Positions 10,562 through 19,178 of a stretch of 64,000 nucleotides of DNA are shown here, one piece after another. This stretch comes from Acidobacteriota bacterium (GTDB lineage: Bacteria > Acidobacteriota > UBA6911 > RPQK01 > JAJDTT01). Both the position numbers and the translations under genes were made by a program. The first letter of the stretch is position 1. Each line of letters starts with the position of its first letter. The notes below the pieces were generated by a model. It saw nothing but the letters and a program-made list of their open reading frames with translations, was not told the origin of the DNA and did no database searches. The DNA is taken from assembly GCA_965219005.1 (NCBI GenBank), contig CBDCMS010000003.1:706788-770787 (forward strand), given 5' to 3'.

Positions 10562-10900
10562 TCAGTCGATATAGAGGAACTCGTTAGTCATGAACAGGAG
10601 GTGGCAGAAGCTTTCGAGAGCCTCTTCCTCAGCCTTTCCCGGCGCGGTGTTGAACTTCAGATACAGTTCTTCCTGCCGCGCAAGATGTGCCTGGGCGATC
10701 CGCGCTTCCTCGCGAGAGGGTTTGCGGGAGAGGGCCAGCAGGTACGCTTTCTCGATCTGTTCCTCCGGATTGCTATTGGAGATGCGGGCGACCCGCTTGG
10801 CGAAGGCATCGGCGTTCTCGACGACGAAAGCATCGTTCATCAGCGTAGGTGATTGCAGCGGCGACACCGAGTTCATGCGCCGGTTGCAGTTCGTCTGCAT
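10562..10900 (-). pseudogene. C-terminal remnant (about 110 aa) of a DUF1553 (planctomycete PSD1-type) protein
   Basis: It ends ...FCHLLFMTNEFLYID, the characteristic DUF1553 C-terminus. The approximately 700 aa of upstream domains are missing, and the fragment abuts the end of the next gene. Confidence 0.5.
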
Positions 10901-10958
10901 GATGGTTCTCCCAGGAACGCTAATTCGCCGATTCTCATCTCATCTCACCTCGTCCAGT

Positions 10959-12218
10959 CTAAAATAGCTGCTCCCCCGGGCCGAGGTACTCCCTGCACAC
11001 TTCCTTATTCAGCTCTAACCCGAGCCCAGGTGCGTCAGTTAGCGGTACATGCCCGTCGGCGAACAGCGATGTGCCTTCGCGGCGGACGATGTTGGCGACC
11101 CAGTCCGTTTCGATCCAATGGTATTCCAGCCCCAGGAAATTAGGGATGGCAGCCGCGACGTGTGCCGCGGCGACCGTGGCCAGGCCGCCGCCGTTGCCGT
11201 GCATTGCCACCGGCAGCTCGTGCAGCAATGCGTACTGCGCAATCTGAAGCATGCCGTGCATTCCGCCGCAGAACATGATGTCCGGATGAATGATGTCGCA
11301 GGCCTTGTGGTCGATGAACATTCGCATCTGCTCGGCGATCAGCGTTTCACCCGTGCAGATCGGAATTGGACTCTTGGATCGCACCTGAGCACATGCCTCG
11401 AAATTGACGAGGGAGGTCGGATCTTCGAGCCAATACAACCGCAACGGCGCCAGTGCCTGGGCGAGGCGTATTCCGCTTGGTACATCGTACAGACGGTGAC
11501 AATCAAGACTTATCTCCACTTCCGGCCCGACGGCGTCACGGACCGCGCCGAGGCGTTCGACAATTCGCCCGATCTGACGTGAGGGCAGCGATCGATTGCG
11601 CACATCACTGGTGAGCTCAGGCGCGGTCTGTTCGGTGTCGAATTTGATGAAATCGAATCCGTCCTTGACCGCGTCGTTACCCATCTGTTTCCAGGCATCC
11701 AGATTCTCTTTGTCCAGCGGGGAACTGCGATCGAGGTAAACATGCGCGGTGTCGCGAAATTTACCGCCAAGCAAGTTGTAGCACGGCGTGCCCAACGCTT
11801 TACCAGCCAGGTCGCAGAGCGCGATGTCAACACCACTCATGGCCCAAATGATCGGTCCGGTGGGCGTGTCGTGGGGGCTGCCGGCGAAGATGCGTGAACT
11901 GCCGGTTTGAAAATTACCCTCCGTCTCGAGTGCCTCGTCGCTGTGCGGCGGCAGCGTGCCATAGAGCATCTCGTGCAAATGCGGTTGCCCGGCAAACGGA
12001 TCTCGGCCGAGCAGACACCCCCGCACATACTCGACGGCCTCGCGGACCCCCATGAAGTCCTGCACCTCGCCCAGGCCATAAACGCCGCTATCGGTGTCAA
12101 CACGAACCAGCATTTTCGTGGTCGTCCCCACGCCTCCCCCGACCATATGCATGCGCGGTCCGATCAGTCGCATCGTGCGGATATCAGTGATTTTCATATC
12201 GGAATAGTACCGGAACAC
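10959..12218 (-). CDS. Enolase-superfamily (mandelate racemase/muconate lactonizing enzyme family) sugar-acid dehydratase; the likely true start is at MKITDIR (12197)
   Basis: N-terminal capping-domain motif MKITDIRTMRL...VRVDTDSGVYGLGE, plus a C-terminal barrel with metal-binding-like D/E residues. Confidence 0.75.
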   Translation of the reverse strand: MFRYYSDMKITDIRTMRLIGPRMHMVGGGVGTTTKMLVRVDTDSGVYGLGEVQDFMGVREAVEYVRGCLLGRDPFAGQPHLHEMLYGTLPPHSDEALETEGNFQTGSSRIFAGSPHDTPTGPIIWAMSGVDIALCDLAGKALGTPCYNLLGGKFRDTAHVYLDRSSPLDKENLDAWKQMGNDAVKDGFDFIKFDTEQTAPELTSDVRNRSLPSRQIGRIVERLGAVRDAVGPEVEISLDCHRLYDVPSGIRLAQALAPLRLYWLEDPTSLVNFEACAQVRSKSPIPICTGETLIAEQMRMFIDHKACDIIHPDIMFCGGMHGMLQIAQYALLHELPVAMHGNGGGLATVAAAHVAAAIPNFLGLEYHWIETDWVANIVRREGTSLFADGHVPLTDAPGLGLELNKEVCREYLGPGEQLF

Positions 12219-12227
12219 TCGGGGCGT

Positions 12228-13253
12228 TCAATACCCTCGCTGCACATCCCCTACATTGATTAGCGGCCGATTATTCAACATGCGACCGAGGTTCTCGATC
12301 AGCACACTGTCGGCACGCTCGGACTGGTCGCTCGATGCCGAGCCCACATGCGGCATGATGAGTACATTGGGTATCGACCACAATGGATGATCCGGTGGCA
12401 GCGGTTCCTGCTCGAAGACATCCAACCCGGCGCCGGCCAATTGGCCCGACTCCAACAAATCGACCAGGGCAGCTTCATCGACGGTCCCGCCGCGCCCGAC
12501 GTTGACCAGCAGAGCGCCGGACGGCAGCGCCTCGAGCACCTTGCGGTCGATTAATCCGCGAGTCTCGCTGGTGCCGGGTAAGGTGTTGATCAAAATATCG
12601 GACTCCGCTGCCATCCCCTCCAGCTGAGCGGGACCGAACCAACTCCGGGGCAAGTCACCTCGCCGGTCCCCGAGATTGGGGTAGAACGGCTCATCGTTCT
12701 CGCGCTGCCGCGGATTGCGCTTGCAGGCCAACACCGTCATGCCCATCGAGTGCAACACTCGGGCGATCTGCCGCCCGACGCTGCCGTAACCAACAATTCC
12801 CACGGTTTTGCCAAGGCACAGCACTATGTCTTTACGCAGCTCCGCGTCCTGCTGAGCCCAACGCTGCTGCCGCTGTTGCCCAAGCGCATAGTCGACATGG
12901 CGGGCCACTGCCAGGAGGATCGTCACGGCCAGTTCTGCCACGGCCGGCGTGTAGGCACCCCGGAGAGTCGCAACAGGAATGTCCGCGGCCAGTCCGCGAA
13001 TGTTCTCCCTAGGGGCCAGCGAAACGGCCTTTATCTGCACCAGGCGTAAGTGCCTCAAATCGGCTGCATCGAATTCTCCGTTCAAAGTGTAGATCACGCG
13101 CGCATCCGCCAGCCCGGTCCTACTTCCCTCCCGCACCTGCACGCGCGGCGACAAGTCCGCTATTTGTTGCGGCGCAGTGGGCGACAGTTCTAGACCATTC
13201 AAGACGACCACCAAGGGCTCGTCATTCTGGAGCGGTCGGTATTGTCTGTGCAT
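12228..13253 (-). CDS. D-isomer-specific 2-hydroxyacid dehydrogenase family protein (NAD-binding)
   Basis: Rossmann motif GIVGYGSVGRQIARVL and the family's catalytic region (...MPHVGSAS...). It sits immediately upstream of the dehydratase on the same strand. Confidence 0.8.
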   Translation of the reverse strand: MHRQYRPLQNDEPLVVVLNGLELSPTAPQQIADLSPRVQVREGSRTGLADARVIYTLNGEFDAADLRHLRLVQIKAVSLAPRENIRGLAADIPVATLRGAYTPAVAELAVTILLAVARHVDYALGQQRQQRWAQQDAELRKDIVLCLGKTVGIVGYGSVGRQIARVLHSMGMTVLACKRNPRQRENDEPFYPNLGDRRGDLPRSWFGPAQLEGMAAESDILINTLPGTSETRGLIDRKVLEALPSGALLVNVGRGGTVDEAALVDLLESGQLAGAGLDVFEQEPLPPDHPLWSIPNVLIMPHVGSASSDQSERADSVLIENLGRMLNNRPLINVGDVQRGY

Positions 13254-13608
13254 GTTCCGAGTTCCTGTCAGTTACACACAAAAGTACAAGTTCCCTTGAC
13301 TCGCTCCTTGGGCGGCGATTTTCAGAGGCGTGTTGTTTTAACTGATCGCATTGCCCTCCCGTATCCTACCATTTATAATTTACTAAATAGACTCCTCTGC
13401 GGTTCTGGAGATCCGCGTTCGCACGGTCGGATTCGTTAGGCTAGGAGCTGTCGCGGTCCCGGGATAGGGAGGCCACCAAGGCGATCCAGTCCAGGGTGTC
13501 CAGGGGTGTGGCGAACTCCCTTGGGGATGCGGTATTCGACCTGATCCTGCGTCGCGCAGTCGATCGAGTAGACCCTGTGGATCTCAGTGGTATGCTGTCC
13601 TGACAAAC

Positions 13609-15207
13609 ATGGGAGGGAGGCTGACAACAATGACCCAACCGAGAGCGGATTGGATCGCGGTAGTCCGAGAGTCGAGCATCCTGGGATTCGTGGCCTGGCT
13701 CCTGGTGGTGATTTGCCAGGCCGCAGAACCGATCCACATCGGTTCTCGGCTGGAGCTGTTCGTCGACGATTACTTGATCGACACGATGGCAGGCGCCAGG
13801 TTGACGTTACATCAGCCGGTGGCGCGGGAGATCGCACTCGATCACAATGCAGTCCCCTGGGAAGGCAACACGTCGCTCTTTCACACGGTTTTCCAGGACG
13901 GGCCACTTTACCGCATGTACTATCGTGGCAAGCAGAATGAACCGACAGAAGATCCCGCGTTGCCTCCCCCCATCGTCTCGAGTTTTTTCTGTTATGCGGA
14001 GAGCGACGACGGTGTCCACTGGAGGCGGCCGGAGCTGGGTCTGGTCGAGTTCCAGGGCTCGAAGAAGAACAACATCGTCTGGTCACACGCCGACTCGGCG
14101 CGACTCTGGGATGTCCCCAATACCGTGCTGATGGGGACGGATGACCCGGATGCCTTTCGGTATTCCAGTCCTATCAACTTCACGGTATTCAAGGACACCA
14201 ATCCCGACTGCCCGCCGGAAGTACGCTACAAGCTGATGGGAGGGTCCTGGTTCGGGGGCACCTGGGTCTTCAAGTCGGCCGACGGGATCCACTTCACTCC
14301 CATGATCCGCGAACCGGTGATCCCGCCGGCGATGGGCAACAAGCTCAACCCGCGGTTTGCTGCCGACACCGCGGCACTCTGGGATCCGGTGGGAAGGCGC
14401 TATCTCAGCTTCCACAGGGCGGGACGGCTCGTGTACACCTGGCGCGAAATAGTGATGTCCAGCTCCACCGATTTTCTGGACTGGAGTGATCCCGTATATC
14501 TGGAGTATCCCGGCGCACCCGTCCAGCAGCTGTACACCAATTCGATCAACGCCTATGCGCGTGCACCCCACATTCTGCTGGGATTCCCCAAGCGGTTCAC
14601 CCAAGGGCGCAAGGCAACGATCGTGCCCGGCACCACCGATGGCCTCAGTGACGGCGTGTTCATGTCCAGCCGTGACGGCCTCCATTTCCGCCGCTGGGCC
14701 GAGGCTTTTGTGCGGCCGGGCCCCCAATCCGACCGCTGGGTCAGCCGCAACAACTCCATCGTCAACGGCGTCGTCGTCACCGGGTCCCATCTGGTGGATG
14801 CCCCCGATGAGCTGTCGATCTACGTCGTCGAGGGCTACTACAGTGTGAGCCGCAACAAGTGCCGGCTGCGCCGGCACACGATCCGCATGGACGGCTTCGT
14901 CTCGGTTCAGGCGCCCTTCAGCGGTGGCGAGCTCGTCACCAAGCCCGTCGTGTTCGAAGGGAAGACGTTGGTGATGAACTACTCGACCTCGGCCGCGGGC
15001 AGTGTCAGCGTGGAACTGCAGACCGAGTTCGGAAAGCCCATCGACGGCTTCACACTGGCGGACTCGGGAGAGATCTACGGCGACGAGATCGAACACGTGG
15101 TTTCCTGGAAGGGCAATTCCGACCTGAGCAAGCTGGCCGGCAAGCCGGTGAGGCTGAGGTTTGTGATCAAGGACGGCGATCTGTACTCCATCCGATTCCG
15201 GCCGTGA
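13609..15207 (+). CDS. Family A secreted Asp-box beta-propeller glycoside-hydrolase-like protein, subfamily A1; tandem paralog of the next gene
   Basis: Hydrophobic N-terminus. Motifs IGSRLELFVDDYLID, YRMYYRG, SDDGVHWRRP, SADGIHF and DGFVSV. C-terminal ending KPVRLRFVIKDGDLYSIRFRP. Confidence 0.8.
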   Translation: MGGRLTTMTQPRADWIAVVRESSILGFVAWLLVVICQAAEPIHIGSRLELFVDDYLIDTMAGARLTLHQPVAREIALDHNAVPWEGNTSLFHTVFQDGPLYRMYYRGKQNEPTEDPALPPPIVSSFFCYAESDDGVHWRRPELGLVEFQGSKKNNIVWSHADSARLWDVPNTVLMGTDDPDAFRYSSPINFTVFKDTNPDCPPEVRYKLMGGSWFGGTWVFKSADGIHFTPMIREPVIPPAMGNKLNPRFAADTAALWDPVGRRYLSFHRAGRLVYTWREIVMSSSTDFLDWSDPVYLEYPGAPVQQLYTNSINAYARAPHILLGFPKRFTQGRKATIVPGTTDGLSDGVFMSSRDGLHFRRWAEAFVRPGPQSDRWVSRNNSIVNGVVVTGSHLVDAPDELSIYVVEGYYSVSRNKCRLRRHTIRMDGFVSVQAPFSGGELVTKPVVFEGKTLVMNYSTSAAGSVSVELQTEFGKPIDGFTLADSGEIYGDEIEHVVSWKGNSDLSKLAGKPVRLRFVIKDGDLYSIRFRP

Positions 15208-15418
15208 GGCTGGAGCTTGGAATGTGTTTTCTCCAATCTCAGCGCAGCCGACTCGACATTTCCGGGAAGATTCTGAATGACCCCTTCTAGTAAGCAGTCA
15301 GTCAGGTCCGGCCTTGTTTGTACGGTCAGATCTGGGCTATTACACTTTCATGGTCCCTGAATACGCTCCCTTCCGAGATAGACTGGCTTTCAGCAAGACC
15401 CCCCGTCAAGGAGGAAGG

Positions 15419-17002
15419 ATGATGAGGACGGCGCTGCTTGTTTTCAGTCTGCTGCTCTCCCTCGCGGCGCTATTGTCGCACCCAGCCGAGACCACAAAGG
15501 CCCTGGACATCGGCTCCCGCTTGGAGCTGTTCGTGGACGACTACCTGATCGACACGATGGCGGGCGCCAGGCTGACGTTGCATCAGCCCGTGGCGAGGGA
15601 GATCGCACTGAATCACAATGCAGTCCCCTGGGAAGGCAACACGTCGCTCTTTCACACGGTTTTCCAGGACGGGCCACTTTACCGCATGTACTATCGTGGC
15701 AAGCAGAATGAGCCGACAGAAGATCCCACGTTGCCTCCCCCCGTCGTCTCGAGTTTCTTCTGTTATGCGGAGAGCGACGACGGTGTCCACTGGAGGCGGC
15801 CGGAGCTCGGCCTGGTCGAGTTCCAGGGCTCGAAGAAGAACAACATCCTCTGGTCACAGGCCGACTCGGCACGACTCTGGGACGTCCCCGATACCGTGCT
15901 GATGGGGACGGATGATCACCTTCAAGCCGAACCCCGAGATCTTCGAAGTTTTCGGTATTCCAGTCCTATCAACTTCACGGTATTCAAGGACACCCATCCC
16001 GACTGCCCGCCGGAAGCACGCTACAAGCTGATGGGAGGGTCCTGGTTCGGGGGCGTCTGGGCCTTCCAGTCGGCCGACGGGATCCACTTCATTCCCATGG
16101 TCCGGGAACCTGTGATTCCCCCGACGATGGGCAACAAGCTCAACTCGCCGTTTGCTGCCGACACCGCGGCACTCTGGGATTCGGTGGGAAGGCGCTATCT
16201 CAGCTACCACAGGGGAGGGCGACCGAAATACGTCTGGCGCGAACACTTCATGTCCAGCTCTGCCGATTTTCTCCACTGGAGCGAGCCCGTGTATCTGGAG
16301 TATCCCGGTGCACCCGTCCAGCAGCTGTATACCAATTCGATCAGCGCGTACGCTCGTGCACCCCACATTCTGCTGGGATTCCCCAAGCGGTTCACGCAAG
16401 GGCGCAAGGCGACGGAAGTGCCCGGCACCACCGATGGCCTCAGTGACGGCGTGTTCATGTCCAGCCGTGACGGGCTGCATTTCCGCCGCTGGGCTGAGGC
16501 TTTTGTGCGGCCGGGTTCCCAATCCGACCGCTGGGTCAGCCGCAACAACGCCATCGCCAACGGCGTCGTCGTCACCGAGTCCCATCTGGTTGATGCGCCC
16601 GATGAGCTGTCGATCTACGTCGTCGAGGGGTACTACAGTGTGATCAGCAACAAGTGCCGGCTGCGCCGGCACACGATACGGATGGACGGCTTCGTCTCGG
16701 CTCGGGCGCCCTTCAGCGGTGGTGAGCTCGTCACCAAGCCCGTCGTGTTCGGAGGGAAGACGTTGGTGATGAACTACTCGACCTCGGCCGCGGGCAGTGT
16801 CAGCGTGGAACTGCAGACCGAGTTCGGAAAGCCCATCGAGGGCTTCACGCTGGCCGACTGTGGAGAGATCTACGGCGACGAGATCGAACGCGTGGTTTCC
16901 TGGAAGGGCAGTTCCGACCTGAGCAAGCTGGCCGGCACGCCGGTGAGGCTGAGGTTCGTGATCAAGGACGGCGATCTGTACTCCATCCGATTCCGGCCGT
17001 GA
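15419..17002 (+). CDS. Family A protein, tandem paralog of 13609..15207 (about 90% aa identical)
   Basis: The ORF track opens at 15314. The likely start is the MMRTALLVFSLLLSLAALLS signal peptide, preceded by a aaggagga SD sequence. Confidence 0.8.
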   Translation: MMRTALLVFSLLLSLAALLSHPAETTKALDIGSRLELFVDDYLIDTMAGARLTLHQPVAREIALNHNAVPWEGNTSLFHTVFQDGPLYRMYYRGKQNEPTEDPTLPPPVVSSFFCYAESDDGVHWRRPELGLVEFQGSKKNNILWSQADSARLWDVPDTVLMGTDDHLQAEPRDLRSFRYSSPINFTVFKDTHPDCPPEARYKLMGGSWFGGVWAFQSADGIHFIPMVREPVIPPTMGNKLNSPFAADTAALWDSVGRRYLSYHRGGRPKYVWREHFMSSSADFLHWSEPVYLEYPGAPVQQLYTNSISAYARAPHILLGFPKRFTQGRKATEVPGTTDGLSDGVFMSSRDGLHFRRWAEAFVRPGSQSDRWVSRNNAIANGVVVTESHLVDAPDELSIYVVEGYYSVISNKCRLRRHTIRMDGFVSARAPFSGGELVTKPVVFGGKTLVMNYSTSAAGSVSVELQTEFGKPIEGFTLADCGEIYGDEIERVVSWKGSSDLSKLAGTPVRLRFVIKDGDLYSIRFRP

Positions 17003-17171
17003 GGCTGGAGCTCGGAAGGCCGGTTCTCCTGAATTTGGCCGTAGCGGCTGAGGGACATAGTTGATGCTCGCATAGAGATTGAATATGTGCTTCAAGGAGC
17101 TGCCTCCGAGATGTTCTGATTCTCTTTGTAGTGCCTTCGTGATTCCCATGCTGGTGTGATCCTGCGTGGAC

Positions 17172-17337
17172 CTAGTACCCTGTCAATTTAGAGATTGTGG
17201 GTTATGGGCGAGCAATGGTGGTCGAGGTCAAGGCGCGCGGCCACAGGCATAGCAGGGCTATTCCGAGGACGCGCAACACAGAGATCGGCCTCCAGGGCCG
17301 TCCAGAACCCACAGTTTCTAAGTTGACAGGGTACTAG
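17172..17337. mobile_element. MITE-like 166-bp element with 19–20-bp terminal inverted repeats
   Basis: ctagtaccctgtcaatttag at 17172..17191 against its reverse complement ctaagttgacagggtactag at 17318..17337 (1 mismatch). No ORF inside. Intergenic. Confidence 0.35.
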
Positions 17338-17717
17338 TCTGGTGAGACCCAGCTGGCCGACCCTTGGATCGGAACTGCTTGTCGACCATCACCGTGATCC
17401 GGTGGCGGAAGGATGGGCTTGTGCAGCGGACAAGCGATTATTGCCGGAGAAGTGGCTAGGAGTAGAGCGGGAGAAGCCCCTCGTTTTCTCCAATCTCAGC
17501 GCAGCCGACTCGAACTACCCCAAACGGCCGATTGCAGACTGTAAACTGGGCCGCTTCGAAGCCTTGATCGTGGACGACATAGCTCCGTGACCCCTTCACT
17601 ACCTTTGGCCGGCAGTCCTGCGGTGAGTGGGCCACGATCAACTCCGGCCCCAGCATGCTAGCGACAACGGTGAGTCCCGAGGTTGACGGGGGCTCAGCCG
17701 CTGGCTAGAGTTCGGAA

Positions 17718-18959
17718 ATGATTTACAGGAGCCTGTTTCTAGCCTCCGTGTGTGCCCTTCTCGTGCTCCCATCCCACGCCAAGGAAAAGGTCATGATCCT
17801 GAGTTGGGGTGATGTCATTTGGCAGCACCGAGGAGAGGGAAGCGCCCAGCTGGACACTCCGCAGAAGGTCCGCGAGGCTGCCCTGATCTGGAAGTCCCGA
17901 GGAGTCACCAAGGTCTTGTTCCGGGTCGATGACTTTCGCATCGTCCTCTTCCACGAGACCAAGCCCGCTTACAACAACCGCTACGCCCAGGAATGGTCGA
18001 AGGTCTCAAAGCGAGCCTGGGATGAGGGACTGCTGAAGGTCGCCGTCGAGGCGATTCACCAGCAGGGCATGAAAGTCGACATGTGGATCACCATCTTCGA
18101 CGAGGGATGTCCTCACGAGGTCCTCTATGGGGACAACCACTTCTTTTCCTGGCAGTCCCGTTTTACTCGGGACAACCCTCAATACCTCTCCTGCGATCGA
18201 TCCCTCACTCCGAACCAGCGGCAGTACCATTGGGGTGTACTGGAGTGGGCCTATCCCGAGGTGAGGCGCTACATGCTGGACGTGATCCGTGCCTTTTCCG
18301 ACCCTTTTGATTTCGATGGGGTCTTCCTGAGCGTCCGTTCCCATGCCCCTCCGGCAGAGCATGCCGACCAGTTCGGGTTCAATCGACCGGTAGTAGAGGA
18401 GTTTCAGCGGAGATATGGAAGGAACATCCTTCAGACCAGTTTCGATCTCGAGAAGTGGAGAGACCTCAGAGGCGAGTATTTCAGCAGCTTTCTGAGCGAG
18501 GTCAAGAAGCACGTTCAGAGCAAGGGACAGACCCTTTCCATCGGCGTGGCCCAGGGAGACTATATCGGTCCTCCCTTCGGCAATATGAAGCTGCAGTGGC
18601 GGTACTGGGTTTCCGAAGGGATCATCGACGGCCTGGTCATCGGTCACATCACGAATGAAAGAGCCCGCTATCCCAGGCGTGCCCAAAGAGCGATGGGCTA
18701 CATCCACAATCAGGAAGAAGGGGTAGGACTTCCACCGATTGAAGAGGCCGTGCGGGACGACTATGGACCTCTCTGCCAGCGGTATGGAGTTGGTCTCTAT
18801 CTAGAGCCCCGCAACTTCAATCTCAGCTTCGCCCACCCCAGCTATGGCAAAGGCTCGCAGGATGCCGAGGTGCGAGAGAAGCTTATCCAGGCATTCGAGA
18901 AATCCCGCAGCGTCACAGGTATCCTGTACAGCTATCGACGGGTGATGGAGAACCCTTGA
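17718..18959 (+). CDS. GHL10-like secreted protein, identical duplicate of 2370..3611
   Basis: 413 aa, identical. Confidence 0.55.
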   Translation: MIYRSLFLASVCALLVLPSHAKEKVMILSWGDVIWQHRGEGSAQLDTPQKVREAALIWKSRGVTKVLFRVDDFRIVLFHETKPAYNNRYAQEWSKVSKRAWDEGLLKVAVEAIHQQGMKVDMWITIFDEGCPHEVLYGDNHFFSWQSRFTRDNPQYLSCDRSLTPNQRQYHWGVLEWAYPEVRRYMLDVIRAFSDPFDFDGVFLSVRSHAPPAEHADQFGFNRPVVEEFQRRYGRNILQTSFDLEKWRDLRGEYFSSFLSEVKKHVQSKGQTLSIGVAQGDYIGPPFGNMKLQWRYWVSEGIIDGLVIGHITNERARYPRRAQRAMGYIHNQEEGVGLPPIEEAVRDDYGPLCQRYGVGLYLEPRNFNLSFAHPSYGKGSQDAEVREKLIQAFEKSRSVTGILYSYRRVMENP

Positions 18960-19178
18960 ACGGCTTGCAATCCCATCGCGCTTGTCTGCGGGTAGACTCC
19001 CCCAAAAGCTTTTCTACCAACTAGTGCAGCAGCCCGTCGCCATGGACCGGATACTGTTGGAAATCTACGCTGCTGAGGGATCGAAAACGCCGACCATAGC
19101 CAAGGTTGGGTTCTGGGTTTTCCTGGCGAAAGGTTTGGAGTATGAAGAGCTGAGCTGGTCCCGAGCAACCAATGTGAC

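Noticed and set aside
14083-17149. Long antisense ORFs inside family A genes (14083..15096, 15854..17149), with similar ones at 22175..23059, 30206..31573, 33827..34618, 47562..48509, 50151..51194 and 60716..62236
   Set aside because: Each overlaps, on the opposite strand, a gene with clear family homology, a signal peptide and conserved motifs. Their products are Arg/Pro/Gly-rich and low in complexity, which is typical of spurious antisense ORFs in high-GC DNA.
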